Source: Patescibacteria group bacterium (GTDB lineage: Bacteria > Patescibacteriota > Gracilibacteria > UBA4473). Taken from it: a stretch of DNA of 64,000 nt. Under the pieces are notes generated by a model. The model ran no database searches, was not told the DNA's origin, and worked only from the letters and a program-made list of their open reading frames with translations. Positions 9,244 to 18,321 of this stretch are shown here, in pieces (positions within the stretch are counted from its first letter, which is position 1; each line of letters starts with the position of its first letter). The stretch spans positions 480,001 through 544,000 of the forward strand of contig CBFIAK010000001.1 of assembly GCA_965660445.1 (NCBI GenBank), written 5' to 3'. Made by a program: the position numbers and the translations under genes.

Positions 9244-9250
9244 AAAGAGA

Positions 9251-9312
9251 ATATTACTAGATTCTAGAATCGAGAATCTCGTAACGAGAATCGAGTCCCG
9301 CCTTTGGCGGGC
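9251..9312. repeat. direct repeat copy B, 7-mer tandem repeats and GC hairpin
   Basis: ATATTACTAGATTCTAGAATCGAG, with 7-nt periodicity ctagatt/ctagaat/cgagaat/ctcgtaa/cgagaat, then hairpin CCCGCC-ttt-GGCGGG adjoining the tRNA 3' end. Confidence 0.8.
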
Positions 9313-9389
9313 TGGTCGGGGTGAAAGGACTCGAACCTTCGACCCCATGGTCCCAAACCATGTACTCTAGCCAACTGAGCTACACCCCG
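9313..9389 (-). tRNA. tRNA-Pro(TGG)
   Basis: Reverse complement CGGGGTGTAGCTCAGTTGGCTAGAGTACATGGTTTGGGACCATGGGGTCGAAGGTTCGAGTCCTTTCACCCCGACCA; anticodon loop TT-TGG-GA, GGTTCGA T-loop, encoded CCA. Confidence 0.97.
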
Positions 9390-9492
9390 TTTTTCCGACC
9401 AATATTCTCAAAAAAGAGCTTCAAGATTCTATGTTGAACCGGAAAAAAGTCAACTTGATTTTTTTACCTAAATCCGCAAAAATCCTCGGTGA

Positions 9493-11070
9493 ATGAGTTA
9501 TCGGAAACGGAAATTATGGCTAAGGAAGCAACAAGCTGTTTTACGAAACAGCTTGTTTTTTCTTCTTCTCTTTTTCGTGATAACTATTATTTGGTGGGGT
9601 GGAACAATGCTTTTTCAGATTATTTTTACCCATGAAACATGGGAAGACGTTTTTCCAGATACGGCGATTGATGTGGTGAGTTTTTCTTTTTCGTCACAAA
9701 AATCCCTATCACAACAAGAGGCATCATTACAGAAAGATTTACAAGACAGTGTTCTGCAAAAAATACAGTCTCATTTGCAGTATTCAGATATTGAAATTCC
9801 TGTATCAACACACCCAGAACGTATAGTATGGGCAACATTGCCGAATGCACATTGGGTTTTTGCTCTTGAATATGATGAAACAATACCATTAGAATCTTTG
9901 CAATCAGATACGGTTTTTGATTTTTCTCAATCACAACCCCTCTTTTTTATGCGTCAAAAAGATTGGTTCTTTTTTTCTTCTACGGAAGATATATTTGATT
10001 CTCGTAATTCTCTTGCCCATTTCTTCTTGTATAAGCAATGGAAAAAGAACGTATCAAAAGGGGATTTTACATGGTATCGAAACATAAAAGCATGGGTGTC
10101 GAACCAAAACTATAACCAACACGAATTGTATGAACCACTTCGTCAAACACTGGCCGATATTTTTCCTGTGTTTGGTCTATCAGGGCATGTAAAAGAATCG
10201 GGTATGGATATGAATTTCTTTGTGTCTTCGTCATTCGATATCGATATACCAACGCGAGTGTACCAAAATTATCATACAGCCGTTGGAAAAAATGCATTAT
10301 TCTTTTGGCATGGAGCTGGATTGGGAAATGTTTTGGAAACAATAAAAGAACAGGTGGAAAAAACGAATATCCATGCGGCACAATTACTTGATTTTTATTG
10401 GAATACGAAGAAAAATCAGTTTGGTATTGATATCGAATCAATAGTGACTTCTTTTTTAAAGAACGAATATGCCGTTTGGTTGGATATTGATCATGCTTCA
10501 AACGATTTTATGGCGATGTTTTTTAATGCGGATCCTCAATTTTTTGAATCACGTTCGGTGTTATGGCATGAATGGCAATCGTTTTTATCGCCTGAACTGG
10601 AAATTGTAGATTTGCCCAATGGTGATGTTCGGCAAAGTTTAGTAAAATCATCCCTCGATGATATTCTATTCGAAACACAGATATTTCAGAACCAAACCTA
10701 TACACAGGCTCCAGAAACGATTATCCAAAAAGGGCAAATTGGGTGGTTTTCAAACTCTTATTTTTCAGGACTCTCAACGCACGCTTCATTGCTTTCTCAA
10801 TCACTTCATTCTTTGTCTTCGCCTCAAGATCAACTCTCATCTCACACCGATGTACAAGACTCTATACAAGGGTTTTGGTTGAAGAATTGGGGCGTTACCC
10901 ATGTATCGCATTGGTCGTTTATTCCAGACCATTATCGGGAAAAAGTGTTTCAAACCAGTTTCCAAAAACAAATAGAATCACACATAAAAACTCATTTTAG
11001 GTCAGTGCTTTTTCGGTTTGTTCCTAAATCAAAGGTGTTTCAATTAAGAACAAAATTTGTATTCAGGTAG
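9493..11070 (+). CDS. hypothetical membrane-anchored protein
   Basis: 525-aa ORF; basic N-terminus, one TM helix, large soluble domain. Confidence 0.75.
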   Translation: MSYRKRKLWLRKQQAVLRNSLFFLLLFFVITIIWWGGTMLFQIIFTHETWEDVFPDTAIDVVSFSFSSQKSLSQQEASLQKDLQDSVLQKIQSHLQYSDIEIPVSTHPERIVWATLPNAHWVFALEYDETIPLESLQSDTVFDFSQSQPLFFMRQKDWFFFSSTEDIFDSRNSLAHFFLYKQWKKNVSKGDFTWYRNIKAWVSNQNYNQHELYEPLRQTLADIFPVFGLSGHVKESGMDMNFFVSSSFDIDIPTRVYQNYHTAVGKNALFFWHGAGLGNVLETIKEQVEKTNIHAAQLLDFYWNTKKNQFGIDIESIVTSFLKNEYAVWLDIDHASNDFMAMFFNADPQFFESRSVLWHEWQSFLSPELEIVDLPNGDVRQSLVKSSLDDILFETQIFQNQTYTQAPETIIQKGQIGWFSNSYFSGLSTHASLLSQSLHSLSSPQDQLSSHTDVQDSIQGFWLKNWGVTHVSHWSFIPDHYREKVFQTSFQKQIESHIKTHFRSVLFRFVPKSKVFQLRTKFVFR

Positions 11071-11704
11071 AAGTAACTCCTTTTTTCTTGCATACTGATT
11101 GCAGTGGACATTGTTTGCATTTTGGTGAACGAGCAGTGCATGTATCTCGTCCGAATTGAACCATGCGGTGTGAAAAAATGCCCCATTGTTTTTTCGGAAT
11201 GAGTTTCATAATATCTTGTTCTATGCGAATAGGATCTGTATGTGTGGTAAGCCCAAGCCGATAGGTGATTCTTTTCATATGAGTATCAACAACAACCCCT
11301 TCGTTTTTTTGAAATACATTCCATAAAATAACATTTGCTGTTTTTCGTCCGACTCCTGATAATTGGAGGAGGTCTTTCATGTTATCAGGAAGTACCCCAT
11401 TGTGATGTATTAATAATTTATGAGCGGATTGAGATAAACTCTCTGCTTTTTGGCGATAAAATCCTGTAGAATGAATAATACGTTCTAATTCTTCTCGCGG
11501 ACGAGCAACATAACTTTCTAAATCAGAGAATATCTTAAATAATTCAGGCGTTACCATATTTACTCGTTTGTCAGTGCATTGTGCTGATAAAATAACTGCA
11601 AAAAGAAGTGTCCAGGGTCTTTCTTTATCCCAAAACAAATGACACTCATTGTCATACGGATACAATTCTTCAAAGGTGCTTAACAGTGTTTTTATAATTT
11701 TCAT
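11063..11704 (-). CDS. nth: endonuclease III
   Basis: LSAQCTDKRVN, HhH L.GVGRKTANV, VDTH, 4Fe-4S motif CTARSPKCKQCPLQSVC; start 11704 or 11743. Confidence 0.95.
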   Translation of the reverse strand: MKIIKTLLSTFEELYPYDNECHLFWDKERPWTLLFAVILSAQCTDKRVNMVTPELFKIFSDLESYVARPREELERIIHSTGFYRQKAESLSQSAHKLLIHHNGVLPDNMKDLLQLSGVGRKTANVILWNVFQKNEGVVVDTHMKRITYRLGLTTHTDPIRIEQDIMKLIPKKQWGIFSHRMVQFGRDTCTARSPKCKQCPLQSVCKKKGVTST

Positions 11705-11804
11705 ATTCTCGAAAAAGTATACGAGTATTTTTATTTTTTTCAAAATAGAACAATTTTTTTGTTCATTTTACAACTTAAGAAAAAGAAAGTACTATGAAGA
11801 AAAT

Positions 11805-13133
11805 ATGAGAAACAGTGTTTTGTTATTGATGCTCTTTATTCCCATGATGGCATGGGCCAATATTGCCAATGAAATTAATACGTTTATTGATCGTTTTTTT
11901 CAAACACCTTCTTCATCTCAGGAAATAAATACATCGAATGTGTCAGAAGTAATTGGTGATTTTCAGTTTGACGATGAGCGTTCTCAACAATATGCAGAAG
12001 ATCGTATTACATACCTCCTTCAAGAACTCGAAGTATTTGAATCATCTATTCGAGAGAAAGAGCAATCGTTATGGTCACAAGACCAAAAAAAAAGGACCAT
12101 TCGTGAGAATATAAACCTTTTAGATCAACAATTGAATATTCAAAACCAGAAATTACAGCAAATTCAAGCACAGAAAAAAAAGTGGAATGATGAATTACAG
12201 CGTATTGCTTCACAGAAATCATCTATCGTTCTCCAAAAAGAGGCCTATAAAAAAGATATTGAAAAGCAGGCGATTCGTAGGAAACTCCGTGAGAATTTTT
12301 TAGGAAACTCGCCAGAAATTCAGAAAATGAGGTGGTTATTTTCTTCTCAGAAAGTGAGTGACTTACTCGCCTCAAGACGGAAAGAAAGAGAAGCTGAACA
12401 AAGAAAAAAACAACGATTAGCGTCGTTATATACATCACAAAACTTTATAGAAAACCAAGAGCGACATGCATTTTTAGTGCAAAGAACTATTCAGGATCTA
12501 GAAGCAAAAACTATTCGAGAAAAAAATGTCTATGAAAATTTACTTCAGGCAAAGGCATCACTTGAACAGCAATTGCAGTCTGATACTCAAAATACGAATC
12601 AAGAATTAGAATCAATATATACAGCTCGGAGTCAACTTATACAAGATCTTCAGACCATGCAATCGGTATTACACACAGAAGAAGGTTTACCACAAACCGA
12701 ACCCATTTCACCAGATGTTCAGTTTTCAACTCCATTGTCTATACCACTTCAAATAACAGCATCTTTTGAAGATCCTCAGTACGAAAAAACTTTTGGTATT
12801 CCTCATGACGGAGTTGATTTTTTTGCTCCACCTCAAACGCCTATCTTGGCAGTTGCTGATGGAATTGTTCAAAAAGTTGATTTTGAAGAGTATGACTATG
12901 CTTCACTTATTCTTTTTCATCCAGATTTAAATCTCTATACCATTTATGGACATATATCTCAAGCATTGGCCTCAGAAGGTGATTTGATTTCAGTCGGAGA
13001 TACTATTGCATTAAGTGGTGGAGTTCCTGGTGAAAAAGGATCAGGGTTTTTAACAACCGGACCACATCTTCATTTTTCAGTCTTTAAAAATGGGGTCTTT
13101 GTAGACCCCATGCAGTATTTATCAATAGAATAA
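11805..13133 (+). CDS. coiled-coil M23 family peptidoglycan endopeptidase
   Basis: Signal peptide from ATG 11805, long coiled coil, HDGVD, YGH and GPHLHF zinc motifs. Confidence 0.88.
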   Translation: MRNSVLLLMLFIPMMAWANIANEINTFIDRFFQTPSSSQEINTSNVSEVIGDFQFDDERSQQYAEDRITYLLQELEVFESSIREKEQSLWSQDQKKRTIRENINLLDQQLNIQNQKLQQIQAQKKKWNDELQRIASQKSSIVLQKEAYKKDIEKQAIRRKLRENFLGNSPEIQKMRWLFSSQKVSDLLASRRKEREAEQRKKQRLASLYTSQNFIENQERHAFLVQRTIQDLEAKTIREKNVYENLLQAKASLEQQLQSDTQNTNQELESIYTARSQLIQDLQTMQSVLHTEEGLPQTEPISPDVQFSTPLSIPLQITASFEDPQYEKTFGIPHDGVDFFAPPQTPILAVADGIVQKVDFEEYDYASLILFHPDLNLYTIYGHISQALASEGDLISVGDTIALSGGVPGEKGSGFLTTGPHLHFSVFKNGVFVDPMQYLSIE

Positions 13134-13140
13134 ACAGTTT

Positions 13141-13716
13141 TTATGCTGCGTTTTTTCTGAATCGTGAAAAGATAGATTTTTTCTCAGGCTCCGGTTGTGT
13201 ATCAGTTTCCTCATTTGACTGTGATTGATTATCATTTCCAGTATTTTCCTTTGTATCGTTTGAACTATTTTCTTGTTCGCCAAGTTTCTGGATAATAATA
13301 GCTTGCAGTGTTTCGATTCGTTCATTCATTTCTTTCATACCTTTCGTATAAATATCTTCTTTTTCTTGTTCGAGTGTTATTCTTTGTTTTTCTCTAACAC
13401 CCCCCGCAACCGATCCAATAGCTCCACCAGCCATTCCACCTCCTAAAAGAGATGTCATACCAAGTGAGGGAATACTACTGGCAATAAGTGGAGAAGATGC
13501 TCCCAGTAATGCAGCACCTCCAACGGCTAACACACCACCACTTAAAGCACCAATACCAATCCCGACGCCAGCTGCTTTGAGTACTCGAGCTATTTTTTTT
13601 CGTGATTCTGCTTTTATTTTATTGCGTTCAAGTTCATAGATTTCTTTTCGATTTTCATCAGAAAGAATAGGAACTTCTTTGTGAACCGTTGTATTAAGCG
13701 TATATTGTGTATTCAT
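13141..13716 (-). CDS. hypothetical protein with glycine-zipper TM hairpin
   Basis: GVGIGIGALSGG...LGGGMAGGAIGSVAGG flanked by coiled coils; own TTGACA-17-TATAAG promoter at about 13749-13776. Confidence 0.75.
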   Translation of the reverse strand: MNTQYTLNTTVHKEVPILSDENRKEIYELERNKIKAESRKKIARVLKAAGVGIGIGALSGGVLAVGGAALLGASSPLIASSIPSLGMTSLLGGGMAGGAIGSVAGGVREKQRITLEQEKEDIYTKGMKEMNERIETLQAIIIQKLGEQENSSNDTKENTGNDNQSQSNEETDTQPEPEKKSIFSRFRKNAA

Positions 13717-13778
13717 GAAATGAAAATAAATTATATTTACAAATATTCTTATATAATATTATTTATATATTGTCAAAT

Positions 13779-13811
13779 AAAAAAACCTCACTTCGCAGAA
13801 AGTGAGGTTTT
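13779..13811 (-). terminator. intrinsic terminator after the T9SS-CTD gene
   Basis: AAAACCTCACTT / AAGTGAGGTTTT inverted repeat followed by a U-run on the minus strand. Confidence 0.8.
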
Positions 13812-13817
13812 GAATAT

Positions 13818-15095
13818 TTATTCGAGAAGGATTGTTTGTGAATGATTATAGTTATGACTTATAACACGCACAAAATACACGCCTTTCAAATTTTGCATTG
13901 AGAAATTTTTATTTCCTTTGAATGTTGATCTAAAAACTTCTCGTCCATTAATATCATATACAGAAAGAGCACTCTGGTCGAGTTCTGATTGAACATATAT
14001 TGACTGATGGGCTGTATAGATATGTATATTTTCTTGTTTCTCGTTTACCGAGGAAATATTTCCAATAGGAAAAGAGAGGGATTCATCAGGGCGAACGAGT
14101 ACACCATTATGCACAAGTGTAACAGTTGCCATTCCTTCTGATGTAATAATAAAGCGTGCTTGCTTTTTATTATAATCAAGAAGTGTTCCGGTAACACCTG
14201 AAAGTGAAAATGCAGGTTCCCATGAAGTCATATCATCATGGTTTCCTTTTATATACACAGTAATCGTATCACCGATTTGTGTATTTTGAGGAATGCGTTC
14301 TGTGTCTAAGGATGGAAATATGAATCCATCAAGAACACGGACAATAATATAGTCTAGATGAAAATAATCATCTGTGAGTGCTGTATATCCACCAACATGT
14401 GGAAATGTAGCATATTGACTCTGATAATACGTACCATATTTTTCATCTGATACGATTGCTTTATTTCGTTCAAATTGTTCTCCAGCAATAAATCCAAGAC
14501 TCATATTGAAATCGTTCCACAAGGGATTTATCTCCCATAAACACGATAACCCTTTTGGGAGTGTCAGTGTGTCTGGGAGAGTGTGGGATACTATATCACT
14601 ACATCCATCCATTTCTTTGTATTTATTGAATGTAGAGTACGTATTTGGTGCATCTTTGTTATACGCATCAGATGCGGAAAATAACACCATGTGTTGATCT
14701 TGTCGTAGTAACTTTGAGTTGTAACTCAAAATATACCGATTTGTGTTTGATATATCATATCGCTGTACAATACTATCTGTGTATTGCTTTATGCGGTTAT
14801 GATTTTGTATATCATTTTTTGTTTTTTGGTCACTGATTTCTTGGTATCCAAGATTTTCAGCACCAAAATAAACCCATTGCGTTGTGTCATTTGTACTCAT
14901 TTTTTGAAATGACTCATTGAGAATCAAATCATTGAGCAGTTTTTCACTTGTTTTTTCATTCCCCCAACGATCATTTAATACGTCCCATTGAGTTTGTGTG
15001 TAAAACAAGGTGTGAGGAGTAACACTGTGTTTCGAATGAGCATAAAGCCCATTTATGTTTATTGCTACAAAGCAAAGAATAATAAGAGCATTCAT
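13818..15095 (-). CDS. secreted protein with T9SS type A (Por) C-terminal sorting-like domain
   Basis: ATG 15095 after AAAAAAAGGAA; signal peptide; C-terminal IHIY...SVYDINGREV...NLKGVYFVRV...TILLE. Confidence 0.75.
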   Translation of the reverse strand: MNALIILCFVAININGLYAHSKHSVTPHTLFYTQTQWDVLNDRWGNEKTSEKLLNDLILNESFQKMSTNDTTQWVYFGAENLGYQEISDQKTKNDIQNHNRIKQYTDSIVQRYDISNTNRYILSYNSKLLRQDQHMVLFSASDAYNKDAPNTYSTFNKYKEMDGCSDIVSHTLPDTLTLPKGLSCLWEINPLWNDFNMSLGFIAGEQFERNKAIVSDEKYGTYYQSQYATFPHVGGYTALTDDYFHLDYIIVRVLDGFIFPSLDTERIPQNTQIGDTITVYIKGNHDDMTSWEPAFSLSGVTGTLLDYNKKQARFIITSEGMATVTLVHNGVLVRPDESLSFPIGNISSVNEKQENIHIYTAHQSIYVQSELDQSALSVYDINGREVFRSTFKGNKNFSMQNLKGVYFVRVISHNYNHSQTILLE

Positions 15096-15191
15096 AATGA
15101 ATTCCTTTTTTTTGTGATTTAAAAGAGCTAAAAATATATTAAAATATATTTTAATATTGTCAAGTTTCTGTGTTTTGTCCAAGAAGAGTTC

Positions 15192-15731
15192 TTATGCGTT
15201 TTTGTGATATGTTTTATATTCAGCACTGCATTCTTCTAAAAACTCAATTGCTTTTTTTGCATTTTTTGTCCCGAGAAGCGTTATTTTCTTTCCTTTATTG
15301 CGGTCTTTGTAATGTGATAAAAACCATTCAATATTTGCAATTGTTTCGCTTTCAATGTCAGTTAAATCTTTACAATGATTGTAGAATGGGTCGTCTTTTG
15401 GTATGGCTAATATTTTATGGTCAAGTTCCCCAGTGTCTTCCATTTCAATAATTCCCACAAGTCGTACTGGCACAATAACTCCCGGATGGAATGTTTGAGA
15501 ACTGATAACAATAACATCCATAGGATCATTATCGAATTTATTCCATGTTTGTGGAAAAAATCCGTAATTTTGAGGATAGAGTACTGGAGTTTTGAAAATT
15601 CTATCGACAAACATCGCTCCGTGTTTTTCATTGTATTCATATTTTACACAGCTGTGTTTTGGAATTTCAATAATGGCATGAAATACAGCATCGTGTCCTG
15701 ATTGAAGCGGAATGTCAGTAAAAAGATTCAT
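15192..15731 (-). CDS. ppa: inorganic pyrophosphatase (family I)
   Basis: IEIPK.S.VKYEY, YP.NYGF.PQT, DNDPMDV, D.GE.D.KI. Confidence 0.93.
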   Translation of the reverse strand: MNLFTDIPLQSGHDAVFHAIIEIPKHSCVKYEYNEKHGAMFVDRIFKTPVLYPQNYGFFPQTWNKFDNDPMDVIVISSQTFHPGVIVPVRLVGIIEMEDTGELDHKILAIPKDDPFYNHCKDLTDIESETIANIEWFLSHYKDRNKGKKITLLGTKNAKKAIEFLEECSAEYKTYHKNA

Positions 15732-15851
15732 TGATCTAAAAAGATAAAAATACTCATTTCGAATTATACGAAGAAAAATGTTTTTGAAAAGAAAAAAGAG
15801 TGAAGTTTTTGCTTCACTCTTTTTTTAAATTTATTTTGTTTTTTTGTTTCC

Positions 15852-16502
15852 TTACTTGCTTTCAGGAGTGAAGACTGGTTTTGTGTAGGGCGATGTAAAG
15901 TTTCGGCTTGAATCTCCGTTATGAACAGCTCGTTGTCGTTGTTGTCCTGCCCCAATGGGATCGGAAGATTTCATTTGTCGTTGCATGTCTCGAAGCTCAT
16001 TGATTACTTGTATGTCACGAGTCCAAAATGTTGTTGGAATTGTATTAACGGTGTGTTGAGATCCGTAAATTACGCCTTCTTGAAGTTCTTGTGTTGAACA
16101 ATTTCCGCCTTCGAAATAATAGTTAATGATACATCGTCGGAATACTGATTTTGAATTGGCTCTTTCTATTGATGGTTGTGCAAATCGTTGAGTATTACTC
16201 CAATCAGTAAGTGCTCCGGTTCGTGGAACTGAGTATCGATGACTCCCTACGTGCCCTGCACGTCGTGCTTGAGCAGCTCGTAGCTGTGTGTAGTAGAGAT
16301 TCTTATCTGCCAATGTTTCTTCTTTCTGTTGGTGGTATCGTTTTTGATAGAGATAAATAGAATTATTGAGTGCTTTTTTGTTTCGTGATTGTTGGATAAT
16401 GCTTGTTGGTGATAGTTGTGGGGTTTTGTTTTGTGCTTCAACAAGATATACATTTGTGCTGAGTCCAAGGAGAATGAGCGTTAGAAATGCTGTTTTTTTC
16501 AT
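15852..16502 (-). CDS. hypothetical secreted basic protein
   Basis: Signal peptide ending VEA; R/Q-rich; one Cys pair. Confidence 0.7.
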   Translation of the reverse strand: MKKTAFLTLILLGLSTNVYLVEAQNKTPQLSPTSIIQQSRNKKALNNSIYLYQKRYHQQKEETLADKNLYYTQLRAAQARRAGHVGSHRYSVPRTGALTDWSNTQRFAQPSIERANSKSVFRRCIINYYFEGGNCSTQELQEGVIYGSQHTVNTIPTTFWTRDIQVINELRDMQRQMKSSDPIGAGQQRQRAVHNGDSSRNFTSPYTKPVFTPESK

Positions 16503-16671
16503 AGTACAAAGAGAATAATAAGAAATGAAATAGAAAATGAATTAGGGTGTGTAGTCGTTATTATCTTTTTTTGAAGAAGTAGATGTACACTTTCAGGTGG
16601 AATTCTAACAACTTTCAAAAAGAGTGCAAAACTTTTTCGTGTTTTTTTTGTGTTTTAGAAATTCAAGTTTA

Positions 16672-17457
16672 TTAAACCTTGAATATGTTATCAAACTCTG
16701 TGTTTTCATCGAATTGATTTGGTTTTGGACTGACTCCATAATCAGATCCAAAAGTGGTTTCAATATGTAAAAAATCACTACCAGTTTGGGTGTATAAAAA
16801 TGCATAGATCAGTTCTGTTGCTCTGTGTCCCATTCCCATACATCCCATGAAGAGTGGGAATGCAAGGAAAAATCCAATAAAGTTATTTATAGAACCCCAA
16901 AAAAGAGTTCCAAGAAAAAGAAAGAGCAGTATTCCGAGTAAATTTCCGTATATATGAATGAGTATATACTGTGTTTTGTGTAATGACTGAAGCACAAAGA
17001 GTGAGAAAAGACAGGTAAAGAGCAAGTGCAAGAGTGCGACATATAAAATACCATACGTGTTAAACACTGAGTTGACTAAAAGATAAATCGGAAAAAAAGA
17101 AACCAGAAAAAATACATTTCCATAAAATATATGAGTAAAGGTTGTTGTTTTTTTTGTATAGCTTTCTTCGATAAGGATACTTAAGAAAGCAAACGCTAAA
17201 TTATTCACCAGACTTGAAATAAAAACAGCCATCATAATAAAAATGAGAAACAATGTGTGTGTTTCTACTTTTCCAATACTTGAACCAAGTACGTCTTTTA
17301 AGTCTTCTGTGTTTTGGAGGTATTCTCCCACGACACCCCAGCTGAAAAAAAGCACAATCCCGAGTGCAATAACGGCGATAAATCCTGATCCAAAGCCAAT
17401 AATGAATCGAGTGAGGAGCGATGATATAGGGTGATGTTTTTGTGTTGAGATGTCCAT
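16672..17457 (-). CDS. hypothetical multi-pass membrane protein
   Basis: ATG 17457 lies 6 nt after TTGAAT-17-TATAAT; about 6 hydrophobic helices. Confidence 0.75.
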   Translation of the reverse strand: MDISTQKHHPISSLLTRFIIGFGSGFIAVIALGIVLFFSWGVVGEYLQNTEDLKDVLGSSIGKVETHTLFLIFIMMAVFISSLVNNLAFAFLSILIEESYTKKTTTFTHIFYGNVFFLVSFFPIYLLVNSVFNTYGILYVALLHLLFTCLFSLFVLQSLHKTQYILIHIYGNLLGILLFLFLGTLFWGSINNFIGFFLAFPLFMGCMGMGHRATELIYAFLYTQTGSDFLHIETTFGSDYGVSPKPNQFDENTEFDNIFKV

Positions 17458-17488
17458 GAGCTTATTATAGTATGGAAGAAATAAGGAT

Positions 17489-18172
17489 TCAATGTTTTTC
17501 TTCTTGAAAATAAGAAGAAGGGCGTGTGTGTGCTTTTCTCCATTGTTCAATATGCGCATGGTGTCCAGAAAGAAGTATGTCGGGAACGGCCATATCTTTA
17601 AATATTGCTGGCCGTGTATAGTGTGGATATTCAAGATTTCGATCTAGTTTTACAGAGAAACTTTCTTCTTGATGACTTTCTTCTTTTCCGAGTACACCTG
17701 GAATAAGACGAGAAAGCGCGTCAATAAAAATTTGTGCTGGAAGTTCGCCTCCTGTAAGTACAAATTGTCCAATAGAAATTTCTCCATCAATAAGTGTGTC
17801 TCGAATACGTTGGTCTATGCCTTCATAGTGACCACATAAAAGAATAATGCGCGTATATTTTTGAGTATACATTTCAGCGTGCTCTTGTTTAAAGATTTTT
17901 CCTTGTGGGGTGAGAAAGAGTACAGGGGCGTCATCGTTCGTGAGTTTTTTTACATATGTTATAGCATCGAAAAGCGGTTGCGGTGTCATTACCATTCCAG
18001 CCCCACCACCATATGGTACGTCATCAACTTTTTTGTGTTTATCATCAGAGAAGTCTCGAATGTTATGACATCGGATAGAAATGAGATTGTTTTCGCACGC
18101 TCTTCCAATGATGGATGTACGGCAAAAACTATCAAAAAATTCGGGAAAAAGAGTGAGAATATCGAATATCAT
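17489..18172 (-). CDS. trmD: tRNA (guanine37-N1)-methyltransferase
   Basis: DILTLFPE, VDD.PYGGGAGMVM, CGHYEGIDQR, SIG.FVLTGGE, YTRP, LLSGHH. Confidence 0.97.
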   Translation of the reverse strand: MIFDILTLFPEFFDSFCRTSIIGRACENNLISIRCHNIRDFSDDKHKKVDDVPYGGGAGMVMTPQPLFDAITYVKKLTNDDAPVLFLTPQGKIFKQEHAEMYTQKYTRIILLCGHYEGIDQRIRDTLIDGEISIGQFVLTGGELPAQIFIDALSRLIPGVLGKEESHQEESFSVKLDRNLEYPHYTRPAIFKDMAVPDILLSGHHAHIEQWRKAHTRPSSYFQEEKH

Positions 18173-18321
18173 GGGATGTAACAAAAGTAAGTGTAATAAG
18201 AACTATAAAAAAACTCAATGATTTTAAAAAAGAAAGGAAAAATTGAGGGAGAGTTGTTGACAATGGGGTTGAAAATTATACAAATAAAGAGGGTATTGAT
18301 ACTTTTTTTAATGATTTTCTT

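Noticed and set aside
9244-9348. N-terminal extension of the four-helix-bundle ORF in the ORF track
   Set aside because: It runs through the tRNA and repeat region; family similarity begins at ATG 9243.
7750-9389. Integrase-type genomic island at tRNA-Pro
   Set aside because: No integrase and no duplicated tRNA 3' end (att site) seen.
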